Source: Amoeboaphelidium protococcarum X5
Taxonomy: Eukaryota > Fungi > Aphelidiomycota
Reading direction: 5' to 3'
DNA length: 64,000 nt
Assembly: GCA_023515725.1 (NCBI GenBank)
Contig: JALDTO010000208.1
Coordinates: 840,534-904,533, forward strand
Below are positions 38,841 through 52,959 of the stretch, in pieces. Every line of letters begins with the position of its first letter. Position 1 is the stretch's first letter. The position numbers and the translations under genes are program-made. The notes below the pieces were generated by a model that saw nothing but the letters and a program-made list of their open reading frames with translations, made no database searches and was not told the origin of the DNA.

Positions 38841-41003
38841 TCAATCTTTTTTAGCACCTTGAGTGGCAGGACCATTGGAATTAGCCGTCACAGTACTGGC
38901 ATCAGCTGGAATATAAATTGAAGGATCAAGCAATTTCAGCACTTTACCCATAGCGATCGTCTTGCCTTCATCACGCAAAGTGAATCTGCCCAACTGTGGA
39001 TGATCTTCAAAGGTCTCCAAACATATTGGTAACAGCGCTTCCATCTTACACACCAGCACCTGACCATTCTTGACAAACATTGGCGGCTTCTTGGATTTTC
39101 GCTTCGTCTTTGGATCGACCAGGTACATAAACTGCCCAAGTATAACCTCCTAGACAGCAGTGTGCACATGCAACATGGATCGGAATCCAGGACACACGAT
39201 GCCCGTAACATCCAGTATGGTCAACTCAACCTCGAACCTGGTCATGGTCTTTACAGAAGCCCACGGCGAGCAGAGCACAAATCCAGGCTGGACTTCATCC
39301 TCATCTATACCTCTAATCTTAATCTTTGCATTATCTCCACTAACGACACCCTTCACCTCCTCTTCAGCTTCATTCTGAATGGTCAACACCTCACAAATCT
39401 TCTTCAGAGGCATTATGACAGCCTCCTTACCGATACGCACTCTACCAGACTCAACTTTGCCGGTGACAATCAAGTTACCCATATCCTTCCATCTCTCCGC
39501 GATAGGCATCATAAATGGCTGGTCATTCTTCCTCTCCACAGCAGCCATGCCATCCAACTGCTCTAGCAGAGATGGACCATCATACCAAGGACACACGTCC
39601 TTACCAGCACGATCCTTTAAGTTGGCACCAGTAAATCCACTAAGCGGAATAAACTTAACATCCTGAGACACATCATAACCAACTTGAGTCAAATATGGCG
39701 TCAATTTGTCAATACACTCCTAAAATCTCTCCTTGGACCAGTTGACTGTGCTATCATCCATCTTATTAATGGCCACAATGAGGTTCTTCAGACCGGCATT
39801 GCTGGCCAGTAGAGCGTGCTCTCTAGTCTGACCACCTTTCTCGAATCCAGTCTCAAATTCACCTTTTCTAGCAGAGATGACAAGAATACCAACATCAGCC
39901 TACGATGCCCCGGTGATCATGGAAGGCACATAGTTCTTGTGACCAGGTGCATCCAAAATAGTGTACCTTCTCTTGTCAGTCTCAAAGAAGGCACGTCCAG
40001 TCTCAATAGTAATACCTTTTGCACGTTCTTTGTCATCCAGATCCAGTGCCCAAGATAAGAACCACGACTCTCTATTCTGCTCCTTGGCCTCTTTCGCGTA
40101 CTTCTCCATAGTTCTCTTGTCAACCATACCAGTCTGCAGTAGAATGTGACCTCCCATTGTGGATTTACCAGCATCGACGTGTCCAATGAAAACAATGTTC
40201 ACATGCTCCTTACCACCGGTCTGATAGAAAGTCTCCTCATGAGCCAATTCCTCAGCAGTCAGTTCAGGCATCTTTGGCATAACAAGTTCAATTACTTCTG
40301 GCTCTGCCACCACCAACTCCTATGAACCATTGACAGCAGAAGTAGAATTGTTGGCGGAATTGCTTTTACTATCAGACGCGCCACTCTTACCATCCTACTT
40401 GGTATCAGCTTTGGCGGCGGCAGCAGAAGCAGCGGAGTCTTTCTTATCTGCAGATGTCGGAGCCTTTTTATCACCAGCCTTAGATTTGGATGTACTGCCA
40501 AGAGATAAGACAAATCGTTTACCAGATTTTAACTGAGCGGCATAGTTGGTAGTACCGCCGCTTGTAGGGGCAGCAGTTGTTGTTGTCGGAGCAGGCTTCT
40601 ATGAGTCAACAGAGCCAGCTGGCTATTACTACTGCTTTCCATACGAAGAAGAGTCAGAAGTCATTTAAAAGGCCTAGGATGGAGCCGCATAATCCTGTGC
40701 ACCGCCACCGTAACCATACTGATCCATACCGCCGCCGTAGCCGTAACCCGCACCAAAGTCTGCACCAGCACCTGCAGATGGAAAGAATGAAGGAGCACCA
40801 GCATTAGGCACAAAAGATGGAGCATCCAGATTAAATCCTTTACCGAAAAGAGACGCGCCAAAAGTAGAAGAACTCTATTACTACTGATTAGTAGCAGAAC
40901 CCTTTGACGATTTGTCATCATTGCCCACATTCATCTGACCAAACTTATCACTCATCTACTAAGTCGATTCTTTCTTATCTTACTACTAACCGGGTCCACT
41001 CAT
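38841..41003 (-). CDS. SUP35: Translation termination factor eRF3
   Basis: [35 protein letters not shown][TAG=Q][20 protein letters not shown]; low-complexity N-terminus with PAM2-like [10 protein letters not shown]. Confidence 0.97.
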
Positions 41004-41363
41004 ACTTTATTTAGCTCTTTAAATCTACTGTAATAAAGATAACTTGATGATATATAATCTCCACTTGTGCAATAAAAAGTACAAAGGGAAGAAAATGTGA
41101 AGAAAAATCGTAAAACGCGACTTGATCGGTTCAAGCAAAGAACGACGACGGCGACGGCGAAGAAGATCAGAGCCATAAGTGACTGTTCATTCGATTGTAT
41201 GAATCAAACCGCCGACCTGTGGTGGCCTGTACGGTAATCACTTAATAAATAATTGGACTGATTACATAACTAAAAGAAAAATCAATAAACAGACACAACA
41301 ACGTACTAGGTAAACTATATATTTAATAAAGCTTTCACCAGAACTGGCTCAACTCAACTCAAA

Positions 41364-41852
41364 TCATGCCTTGACCAAGTTGGCAGCGATGGATGGGTTG
41401 ATCTTCTTGCCGTTCTTATCGAAACGCACACGAGGTGGTGGAGTTCTAATCTTACGAGATTCACGGCTTCTAACGCGAACAATACGAGCGTGAATGGCAC
41501 AGCTGACACAGTACTCCAACTTGACGTACAACTTTGGCACGGCGTACTCTTAGTATGCAGATGCCTCGGTAATGTCTCTAACGGCAGCACTCTCAACCAT
41601 GTTCTTAATCAACACTTTCTTAATTGCCTTATCCTTTGGGACGCAACGTGCACAGTTGGCACAACGCGAGAAGGTGACATGTCCACGACCTTTCTTATTA
41701 CGACCACCACTACGTCTCTTTTTAGTCTACATATAAAATCTTTATTAAAATAATCATAATCTAGAATCTGTCCATTGAATTTAAATCCATCCATAATGTG
41801 CCTATAACGTCCACTATGGATAGATTTAAATTACGCGCATAAATCTTACCAT
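41364..41852 (-). CDS. RPS26: 40S ribosomal protein eS26 (intron directly after the ATG)
   Basis: M|[49 protein letters not shown]. Confidence 0.97.
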
Positions 41853-42204
41853 TGTGTGTTTACTATTATTATATTTTTTTACTTGGAAGTATCACTACAA
41901 TGTACAGCAAACTTTCCAACGTGGCGATTTAGCTTGAAAGAAAAATATGACGCGTCCATCAACCTAACCTTAAATCTCGGTGCAATTTCTGGCGAATCAT
42001 CATTCTTTCGCCCGATTTCGTAGTGTCCGAATCTTTTCTCTAGCGGTCGCAGTGACTCTTCGCGTGCGCACTCTCTTAGCGGTTGTTGTCGCTTCGCTGT
42101 TTTCTTTCCAGTTGTTGTTTCGATCAAGTCATTCGTTCCTTCCTCCACATTACGTTTTATTACACACCTGATTATTGACGAAGAGAATTCTGAATCGAAA
42201 AAGT

Positions 42205-42831
42205 ATGATTTCGATAGTGAGAACTTCATAGTTAAGAACTTTCGTTTTGAGTCAGCAGTTATTGGCATAGAGGAGGCTATTGAGTATGACTGCGGTGAAT
42301 AAATCATAGTCTGCTCCAGTAAAGTCACCTCGGCTCAAGGAAGAGAGTCCTATTGAGTCGGCTGCACACACGCTGCTGATGACTGAGGTTTTTCGTGGAA
42401 TGTGGCTGACCTTGGAGCACTTCTTCAAGCCTCCATATACTATATTCTATCCCTTTGAAAAGGGGCCGTTGAGCACTAGATTCAGAGGAGAGCATGCGTT
42501 GAGGCGCTATCCGACTGGCGAGGAACGTTGCATTGCCTGTAAGTTGTGTGAGGCTGTGTGTCCTGCTTAGGCCATCACTATTGAAGCTGAACCGCGGGCT
42601 GATGGCTCTAGAAGAACTACAAGATATGATATTGATATGACCAAGTGCATATATTGCGGCTTATGTCAGGAAGCGTGTCCCGTCGATGCCATCGTTGAGG
42701 GACCAAACTTTGAGTATAGCACTGAGACTAGGGAGGAGTTGTTGTATAACAAGGAGAAATTGCTGGCGAATGGTGACAAATGGGAGACTCAACTTGCCAG
42801 TTAATTACGCGCTGAACATCCATACCGTTGA
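42205..42831 (+). CDS. NDUFS8: Complex I Fe-S subunit NDUFS8/TYKY
   Basis: [15 protein letters not shown][TAG=Q][26 protein letters not shown]. Confidence 0.98.
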
Positions 42832-42942
42832 TTATTTGTGACTCTTTTAGATGACGAATGGAATTTTTAATTATCTTTGATTTTTATCGATTTCTTTCTT
42901 CCTTCCGGTCCGAAAACATTTAAACAAATCTTAGAGATTTAA

Positions 42943-43533
42943 ATGATGACAGAATTAACAGTGGGAGATCTTGTAGAAATTACAGATTCATTAAAGGTTT
43001 CTCATAAAGGGCATGTCTTTGCAGTGGGTAAATAAATTGGTATTGTGGCTTTGTAGCAGCCACCATCCACACCTCTATTACCACATCAAGAATCGCGCAA
43101 TAATTATATTTTACTGAATATGAACTCTGTGCGTAATGTCCAAGTGCTAGAAAATAAATCTAAAAGTTTCTAGGACGGATACTCTGATAATCGACTCGGC
43201 AATGTCAATAACGATAAAGTCACATAGAGAGAACGTAATGCGATTCGAAATAAAGAAATGGCCTTGTCTCGTGTAAACAAAGCAGTGTCTCTCGAAGTCT
43301 AGGCTGTTTTCGATGCTCTTACACGCACACTTCCTTGCTAGTGGTAGACGGATAGATAAAATAGTAACAATGGATAAGCGGTATAACTAATGATTGTGTT
43401 TGGTGGGCTAGTCGTGATCAGTCCACCGTACAAGGCTGATGATCAATGTGTACGCGGAGGTGATAGAAATGCTGTTGATAGAGTGAAGAAAGTTTTACGT
43501 TTCGAGAGACAACGTCTTAAATTGCCGGAATGA
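42943..43533 (+). CDS. LSM12: Lsm12-like protein (Lsm + anticodon-binding domain)
   Basis: VSLEVQAVFDALTRTLPCQW, VVISPPY, AVDRVKKVL. Confidence 0.8.
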
Positions 43534-43682
43534 TCGGAATGAGAAAATATCGTTTCTGAATGAATTTTGTTGTTCCTAAAATTGCCTTTTTTATTCGATA
43601 CTGAAACGTCTTCTTTCAAATTACCTTGTTTTACACTGTATTTAATTGAAATACTCAGTGTGTTCAGCATCTACTCAATATA

Positions 43683-44320
43683 ATGATACAGACATCCAAG
43701 AGCTAAAGTGATGTGATTATTGTTCGAAAGTCTCTTGATGGTGTTAAAGGATTGTCAGTCCTTGAAAAGGTAAGTCTAGAATTATTCCAAGCAGAAAATC
43801 ATATGTAATTACAATGATATCAAAGTGTAGATTCGACTGCGAAAATAATAAAAAGTGGAGTGCGTGGATAAAAGCAAACCAAAGATATCTCTGAGGGAAA
43901 AGGCTGTATTGAGTAGATTAACTTCATTTGTGGACTTGATATATTGGTAAGATATCACAGTAACTCTTATTCCATACTGATTATTATTGTTGAAACGGGA
44001 ATGTAGCATCGTGCATAAATAGGAGCGGCGATCGTTCTACATGAAAGAACTGTTACAAAAAGCGACAGACACATATCAGCAACCACTATCACTATGTAAT
44101 ATTCCTTTTTAGTCTGTAATGTAGAACAATTAACTTAATTTACTGTGTAGTTGAGGCTAAAGAATTGTTAGTTAAACTGGCTCAGATCGCGCCTCAGTGG
44201 ATTTCACTCGTTGAAACAGAATTTGGTCAAATGGTATCGATCAACAGCGTGACAACTACGCGGAAGGATGTCATGACACAAGTTCAGCTTCATGTCGATT
44301 CGAAATTATCTGGTGTCTGA
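43683..44320 (+). CDS. Cdt1 C-terminal winged-helix domain-only protein (153 aa; introns 43770-43830, 43947-44006, 44096-44150)
   Basis: The spliced frame is intact (462 nt): SVLEK|IRLRK..VLSRLTSFVDLIYC..EAKELLVKLAQIAPQWISL, resembling CDT1_C. Confidence 0.65.
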
Positions 44321-44642
44321 CTGAATATCTAAAGAGTGTTTATTGATTTGATTTAAAAGAGTGTATGTATTTATAAATATTTAAATTGCATTAATTAGCA
44401 TGCTTCATCTCTGATTCGAGCGCCACATCAAATTTTCATTACCAATCCAGTCGCCAAGTGTGATCAATCATCTATGTGATATTTATATATGCCACACCCT
44501 CTGGAATCAGTTATGAATTTTTCAAAATGCAATAATGTCGAGAATTGATTTTCTTTTCATCAATTAACATTTACATTCACTTTGAACAAAAGTTAACAGC
44601 AATTCTATACAGCAACTTTAACTCTAACGATAATATTCAAAC

Positions 44643-45416
44643 ATGCCTGAATCAGTAAAGACTCGTCAATCTGCGGTTGAAAATGGCAATAACTACAAGG
44701 CTTCTTCCAACTTCAAAGCTGGTGGTCGTCCAAAGTCCAACACAAACATCTCTTCCAGTGTCAATGCTGATCAAAGTGTCCATGATGCAGTGAAGGCTAT
44801 TCTGGATGCTGATGACAATGTCAGCTGGGCAATCTTCAAGCTGGAGAATGGTCAGGTGCAAACAAGACAGAAGGGTAATGGTGACTTGGATCAGTTGAAG
44901 GCTGGCCTGCGTGATGACGAAGTCAGTTATGGCTATCTGAGACAGCCAATTGGTAGTGACAGACGTAACAAGTACGTGTTCATCAAGTGGGTGGGTGAGA
45001 GTGTGAGACCAATCCAACGCGCGCGTGCTCTCGACGACTGCAAGAAGATTCAAGAGGTTGTGAAGACGTTTCACATTGAGCTGAGCGCGAACAAACCATC
45101 CGATCTGAACGAGAAGGCTCTGATTGAGAGATTGCAGAAGGCTGCCGGTGCCAACTATGACAAGGAGCAGAATGCTGCATCTGCTGCCATCGATCAGTCT
45201 GTCCACGAGTTTGGCAATTACAAGCGCTCTAGTAAGGAATTCTTCTAGCAGATGGAGAAGAGCGGTACCGTGAAGTCTATCGTCTATGAGACCAAGGCAC
45301 TGCCAAAGTCGACTCCTGTTGATCTTGGCAACCGCTCAATGACTGTCGGCGCCTCCTCTGCGCGTGCAAACACGGTCGACTTGAAGATTGTCAAGGAAGA
45401 CAATGTGGCCAACTGA
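44643..45416 (+). CDS. Coactosin/ADF-H domain actin-binding protein
   Basis: VSWAIFK, LRDDEVSYGYLR, RNKYVFIKWVGESV, LQKAAGANY. Confidence 0.88.
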
Positions 45417-45595
45417 AGATGCTTTTGCCAATATGTGTGCTGATGAGAAATGATGATGATAAAATGTTAGAATTAGTGTTACAAGCTTGAACTATTCTTT
45501 TTTTTCATTTTGTCGATTTCTTTTCAGCAACGCGTCGATTCAATCTTGATCCCCTTTTCATTTCCACCTTTAATACTGTAGTGATAGTGAACGAA

Positions 45596-46552
45596 ATGTC
45601 AACGTTCTCATAATTATTTAAGCAATCTTAATTTGTAAAGCTAATCGATAGGAGGCTAGTCGGAAGTCATATGAATCAAGTGGTGGTGACTAAAAACTAA
45701 CTTGACGCGTCTCTTGGTGATTATGGCCTCAAGTATGATGTACCTGATCAGTTACGAGGCAAGTCTATATATGTAAAAGATATTGATACGCTGTATGGAT
45801 TTGCGCGTTATGATGAAAATAAGGTGGATATTGATTAATGGAATTAAATATTTGAACAGATGAATGTGCGCGATAACGTGGATTCTATTGATGTATCCAA
45901 GAGTCTGGCTATGATGACGAAATCTGAGCTTTAGTAACTTTAACAACAGTTGAACACTATCGATCCGGAGATAAAGTAAAAGATAGTTGCTGAGAAGGAT
46001 CTAAAGCATAAAACAAAGTTATTGACAGAACATTTAGGTATAAACTTGGGCGCTGATTCTCAGAAGGCTAAGCATATCACTTTGGTTCCGAAAGACGCGT
46101 CCAATCTACCACGCGTGCAAGCTCGTGTACTAAATCCTCTTTATGGTGGATATGCTGTTGGTATTTACGGACTGGTTGGTTTCCTGCCTAACAGCGATCC
46201 ATATTTTATGATTAGACCGGATTTTGTTGCCAATGACCGATCAAAGCTGCATGAGATGTACATTTGTGAGGTGAAGATCAGTGAGTAAGGCAAAGTTAAT
46301 ACTACCGTTGCTTTGAATCCTGACGCGTTAAAGGTTGGATCTTCATCCGGTACGGCTAGAAAGGCAAAGGCAAAGGCTAAGAAGAGTGTTCTGGATTTTG
46401 ATTAAATATTGGCTGATTTAGATCAAGATGCTTCCAAGTTGAGTGTTAAGTCGGAGAGCAGTAAAAAGAGCGCCAAAGTTGTTATCGACTCTATCACTCA
46501 GTTCCTCGAAGATATAGAGTCTGATCAAAAGATAAAGACTGAAAAGAAATGA
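45596..46552 (+). CDS. Mitochondrial ribosomal protein bS1m (Mrp51-like)
   Basis: FSQLFKQSQFV, GDYGLKYDVP..IYVKDIDT, ARVLN..GYAVGIYGLVGFLP. Confidence 0.65.
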
Positions 46553-46593
46553 TTCTTGATTATACAATTTCAATTCCTATTAAATATATCATA

Positions 46594-48759
46594 TCACTTT
46601 ACTTTCTTCTCACTCTAAGAAGCTAATAACTGGCGAAGATAGTGCGAGCATACTTCAGTAATCTCAGACTCCATTGATGTTAAATCAGCCAGACTAAGAG
46701 CGGATCCTCTGACGGAATCATTTCCATTCACTTACAGCTGACCATCTTTTTCTTCAACTTGCAGGTGATCGAACTGGCTTTCATGATCGCTAATAATGCT
46801 CTTCAACAGCTTGCGACGCAACTATTATTCCTATTCTTAGGCTTGCAGAGTCGATAAGCTGGGAAAGAAGGAGAATGCGTTACTCATAATCAGCCAACTG
46901 ACCAAGAACAAGTGTTCAATCAAGAATAGCCAAAAGAATGTCTTTGAGCTGGCCACTGCATTAATATCAATACCAAATATCCTGGCTTCTGACATTTATC
47001 TAAACATGCAAATCCAGACAACGTTCAAAATGACGCTAAAGAATGTGAGCAACTTCAAGTTGAACAACCATGGACCAATAGAATCTGTACGTCTAGGTAC
47101 TGGGCGTTTGTGATTATACGCAATCTTTATCGCATCGCTTCTCACCTCCAACCAGTTATTGACGAAAGCGGCCAAGCTAGTAAAGCTCCAGACTGAGCCG
47201 AAAATAACAACGTACCCAAATTACATGATCATCTCGTTGTAGTCTTCATCTATATCATACGATGCTTTCTCCACCTATGCTAGAATTCTCTAACGATTAG
47301 ATTTAGAGTCTTTACTAAGAGGCTTCGAGCCAGATGAAGACAAATTATCATCACTTGACGATTTCCGTCTGGCCATAAAATGAGCTCCGGCTCTTTATAA
47401 AACGGGAAGCACCAGCTCGGTAAAAGCATTAATTACCTAGCCTGTCATGATAAACTCAAAGACTGCATTAGCAAATTTCTCAGTCTTTTGCACTTCTTCA
47501 GATACGGGAACATCCATAAGACTACCAAACATCTGAGCAATATATGGACCAAAAGGAATATACACCAAACCATTCAAAAGAGGGAACGCAAAATTGATTA
47601 CAAAATTAGAAATGAACATCTTTTGCACAAAGTACCAATGCTTGGACTCCAAATTCTAATGTTACTCAAACTGATTTAATAACTTGCACACAGCAGCATA
47701 CCACTGACTTATATACGGAACCGTGAGCGTATATATAATTATAGGTGAGTACTTGAGCCATTCCTACAGTGGACCTTTGTAATACTCAATCAGAAGCATA
47801 TCCAAAATGAACATTGTGCTCACGTATAAACTCAGCATTATTGCCATCACTACCATAACGGGGATGGTTGCACACTTTCGCGCATAATCGTACACAGCTG
47901 CGCAAGCGGGAGATAAGCGAGGTGAACCACCATCAATCTAATAGTCACAGTCATCGATAGAAGAAGTGCGCGATTAATAAAGATCATCCTTCATGTGCTA
48001 TGAAGAGTCAACCTTGGAACATCCCTTCACATTCCAGATGGTGACCAAATCATCTTACCGACGCTCCCAGTATAGAATAAACACCACGGCCCATAGACAC
48101 AGTGTAACTGAATACCAGATAGAGTACTGAGTATCTACAAAATAAGCTAATACACCGAGGACAGATGGAATGGCCAGGAAGAAGAAGTATGTCTGTAAAA
48201 AGTCAAAATAGAGAGCCAACTCTTCACCAAAATGCTCACGAGCCACTTTTAAATCATCAAAATTGAGGATCCACTTAGAAGACCAAGATTTAATCCATTT
48301 CTAATTAAATTCATCATCATGTAGTGGATATAGATCATGCTCTAAACGACCGTCATAATTCGTTAATTCACGCACCAGAATTTCATGAATCAGCCTATAT
48401 CTCTCACTTTTAGATAACGTCTTTAGAGCAGATAAAGATGCTTTATCAACAGGGTCAATGCTCAAATCTCCAACTCCCTTCATCCAATCGTCTATTCTAC
48501 TTTATTGATACTACTGAGACAGGGCGCCATCAGGACAGTGGATGAGCACTAGCAATTTACCATCACCTTCAGACGTAGCATTGGCAGACTCAATCTAAAA
48601 CTTGAGACCACAAACTATAAATTTCTATAACAACTCTGATAATAGCTTAATAAAGTCAGACTATTATTGCTTTTATTATTTATTATCAGATTTAGTACTT
48701 GTAGTATTTTAGACTTCCACGACATAGTCAACATATGATAGATCTTTACTAAGAAGCAT
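46594..48759 (-). CDS. Anoctamin/TMEM16 (Ist2-like) scramblase/channel
   Basis: LYPLHD, REHFGEELALYFDFL, YDIDEDYNEMIMQFGYV, NNWLEVRSDAIKI, RPVPRRTDSIGPW; start may be 48810. Confidence 0.93.
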
Positions 48760-49062
48760 TGGACTTTCAAAGAAATTGTCTTTTATAATCTGCAATTTAA
48801 TTTCATTCATATCAATCACTTTTAATCGTTAGAGTTTTGTTAAATAATTTTGGAATTAAATTACTACTAATGTGGATGACCATTCAACAAGGCCTTATTT
48901 AGAAGAAGGAACGAATCACCAAACTCTCACCGTTTCCGTATCATGTTCATAAACGCGCTGTGAATCCATAATGGCATATCTGTTAAAAGGTAGAGAAAAA
49001 CTAAAATGATAATGCTGCAAACTTTAATACATAAGAGAACGTGTCTAATGATGAGATTTAAT

Positions 49063-50240
49063 TCAATTTAATAATTTAGCGGGTGCTTCGTGTTCATGCT
49101 CGTACTCTATTTCAACGTATTGTCCTCTTCTACGCTTGCTAGGCTTGGACTGTTTAGGCGACTTTGCAGATTAACCAACTTGGACTTGATTTGAATCTAA
49201 AACTTCCTCTTCTTCTTCCACTTCATCTTCACCACTTTCATCTTCGTCTTATGAGCTGTAATATGACGCGTTAAAGTCAACTCCATCGTAATCTTCAAAA
49301 TCATAATCTTCGTCACCTTCACTCATATCGACCAATTCACGTTCCTGATCCAAGTGCTCCAGTTCATATTCATCCTCGTCCATATCTTCTTCATACTCGT
49401 ACTCTTCCTCCTCGCCACTCTCCAGCTGCTGCTGCTACTATTCCTTTTCAATCTACTCCATGGCGGCAGAAAACTGGTCCTTATCAACATTCAGAATATC
49501 CTTATACAGTTCACCGTACGTGCCATTCTTGAGTCTCTCCAACAGCTCCTTCTAAATGTTCTGGTCCAACTTGGCGGCCACTTCGGCCTTCATCTCTCTG
49601 CGCTCGTCTCTGCGCTCAGTTTTCCGCTTGATCGGCACAAGACGCGAGTTTCCTCTCACGGACAGTCGGCGCATCTTGATCAAGTACTGAGTGAGACGCG
49701 TCAATCTCTACTTACACCGGTGTATCATAAACTCTGGCCAATGTATCAACTCTTCATCAATCTACACACACACACATAGACATGTTGAATCATTATAATT
49801 CTATTTTAGAACGATAAATAGAGATTTAATATTACTTATTGTAGAGCTTGGGTGTAATTCTTTGACAACTGAATCTTCTCCCACATTTTAGCTGGCATGT
49901 GGGCGCGTTCAACCGTCTTCACGTACAGATAGAGGACACCCTTATCCTCTTTCACAGTCGCATATCTACTATTAGCAAGAGGACAGGACTTTCTATCACA
50001 TAGACCAGTTGCATTATATTCATTTTTACAGAATTTCTCTTTAGTTCTAGTTCTACACGAATAAGATGGTGCATTTGTATGATTAAATATCAATACGATT
50101 TATAGAATCGATCTTACGAGACTTTAAATGAGCAAAAGTAATCATTAATCACTCCCCAAATAACCTACAGAATCAGATATATAGATAAAGATAAAGAGAT
50201 ATTTCAAATGTAAATACACACTTACGTCGTCAGACTGCAT
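49063..50240 (-). CDS. MAK16: Ribosome biogenesis protein Mak16 (three introns)
   Basis: MQSDD|[39 protein letters not shown], acidic tail, YVEIEYE. Confidence 0.96.
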
Positions 50241-50332
50241 CTTTAAATTTACTTTGTGAGATTGTTATTATACGCAATCAGTAAAGATTTGCTTTATTTT
50301 CACCGCGATTAATAAAGTGAAGAGAGATCATC

Positions 50333-52051
50333 ATGAGCAGATTTGATTTGCTCCGAAGCTAATAGGCGTAGAAACTATTTGATGACGCGTATAAATCTGT
50401 TCGGAAATCTTAGAATTCAGGTATAAAATCAAGTAATGTTCAAGTTGTTGAAGTGCCGTCAGAATTTTCTATGGATCGATACGATCATTAGATGCCTCGG
50501 ATCTGTGTGATGGATGATGCGCAATAGAGTAAATCCTATTGTTTGATTGGGCTACGTGATGGGCCACCGCTTTATGTTTATGGCAAAGCAGAGATTATGA
50601 TTTTAAAGGGATCATGCTTGATACAAGGTGCTTTATTATCAGCAAGCGATTCTCGTTCCTATTGCGTGTACTCTCCATCTAGCCATTCCCTGCTGAGTAT
50701 ATTGCCGCGAAAGTCTTCATCATTGAAAGCATAGAGTGATATCCTAATGCCAGATGAGTTGAAAGACTGCGATGTGATCTTAATGGTAAAGTCTTTATCT
50801 AATGATGGTTTTGATAGTATGAATGGCTTTGCTAGACATCTAAATGTATTTCAATCTAATACGGAATTAGATTTGATTGTGGAGGGATTTTACGCGGTCA
50901 ATCCCATGTTTAACAGTAGCATGCTTTTATTATCGCCGCTCACTAGCACTCTTGATAAATTATTTAATAATGGAGAATCTTAGTCGTGGCTCTTGTGTGG
51001 GGAAAAGTCTGTAGGCAAGTCAACTATGACGCGTCATTTAGTGAATAGACTCTTGTAAGATTATGATAGCGTCTTCTACCTTGACTGCGATGTTGGATAA
51101 TCTGAATTTACTCCTCCTGGTTTGGTGTCGCTGATTAAAATCTCTGATTACATTTTAGGCCCTCCATTCACTCACTAAAGACCTGCGGATACTTACTCAG
51201 TCTATTATGGTCATTTGAGTCTTGATGCCGATCCAGTTTCATATTTCAACTCTGTTGCATAATGCTGGCAAAAGTATGGCTAAATCAATAATCGTAAAAT
51301 TCCTATTGTTATTAACACATGCGGTTGGATGACTGGCATCGGAGCTGATTTGTTGAATTAAATAATCTATCTTACACAAGTTAGGAACGTTATAGAACTC
51401 GTTCCATAGATTTGTCCATCCAAGTTGAACTTGACTGACAGGTGTACCCGGTGGTGGTCTGAGAGTGTTCCCTAAAAGGCATGCGTTAATTTGAAGCTTT
51501 GCCATTTCGTTGTAGAATCAGGATCTCCTTTGCCGTATAATTCTGGTCAATAATAGTTTAGTGCACAAGATCATCGAATGCTTGCTTTTACATCTCATTT
51601 CTTCCTTGATACCAAGTAAGTTTATAACTAATGTCTTTGGAATTTTACCCCGCTTTGGTAAAGGGCCTGTTACTGGGTGGGCGCTGAAGATGTGATAATT
51701 GAAATTGATGGTGGCAAAGATTTGTCGATAAGTGAGAAATTGGCAGTTATTAACGCGTAAATCGTTGCATTAGAGAGTTAAGTATAATAAAAGAGGGAAT
51801 TCATTGGATATGGTGTTGTAAGATCTATATCGGAGGACTAACATGGCGGATTTTATATTGTAACTCTTATTGACTAGAGTCGAGTATAGAAGACTACTCA
51901 CATACGGAAGAGTTCTATTGAACTGCCGCCATACTTTTACTTCCATGGCCTGTCTGAAGCTACGTCAATTCCTTACTGCGAGCTGAATAAGCCTAATGAG
52001 AACCTCGTCACCTCTGGAATTAGGCGGAACCGTCATAACATCTTGCGATGA
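50333..52051 (+). CDS. GRC3: Polynucleotide 5'-hydroxyl kinase Nol9/Grc3
   Basis: Walker A CGEKSVGKSTMTRHLVNRLL, YLDCDVGQSEFTPPG, PIVINTCGWMTGIG. Confidence 0.9.
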
Positions 52052-52212
52052 CATGATGGTTTGAATGATTTTGTTCTAATAGAAAGATTATTTGCATTTA
52101 AGTTGATATACAGTAAATGAAACATGAAGTCTTTTTAGTTAAATGAATGCTAAATCACATTCGCATATTCAGTTGCAGCAACATACAATAAACTGTATCG
52201 CATTTAACATCT

Positions 52213-52959
52213 TCATTCTTATTCACAAGGTGCAGTAATAGAGATCGAGTCAAAGTATGCGTTAAATGGCGCCTTTTCAAAGTCGACAGTTCCAGCCCAT
52301 CCACTCGTCTAAGTGCCGTCCCAGAGCCCCATCTGGATGTACATTGACCTGGTGGGGAAGCTTGTGGCGTCACGAGCAAACAACTCCCGGCGCACTTTGC
52401 CATTGACCAGCCATTCAATCTTTTCTCTATTCCATTTAATGCCCAATTTTACAGGCTACTTCGATTAGTCATAACTATTCGCGCCAGTGTCATCGTCGCT
52501 ATTCCAATGCCATCTGGCATGACTCGTCTCAAGCACAGATTCCACAGCGTATGTAGTCTAAACACCGTACGAATTCCTTCCTACCATCTCAAAATCAACC
52601 TCATCACCACTATGCTTCTCGCTCCTCAATATGAAGGATGTGACTACACCGCTTTGGCCGCTCATGCGCAGATTCAGCTCGACAAACACATCGTCGTATT
52701 TCCTTTTAGACGACACTAAAGAACTCTAGCCCTGAGTCAATTCCAACACTAGCTGATCATTTACGACTTTCACATTACCATCATCGACATCAAATAGATC
52801 AGAGTTACCATCAGTGAACTTTTCCATCACAGTGCAATACTTAATTGTAGCGTTATTGGAAGTATGCGCGACTGACGCATCCTTGCCGCCATTGTTAGTA
52901 CTCAGTGAAAGACTGCCTGCAGATAACAGCAACAAAGTAATCAAAATTTTGCAGAGCAT
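52213..52959 (-). CDS. Secreted glycoside hydrolase family 16
   Basis: Signal peptide; GVVTSFILRSEKHSGDEVDFEMVG (ExDxE catalytic motif); IEWLVNGKVRR; MYIQMGLWDG. Confidence 0.88.
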
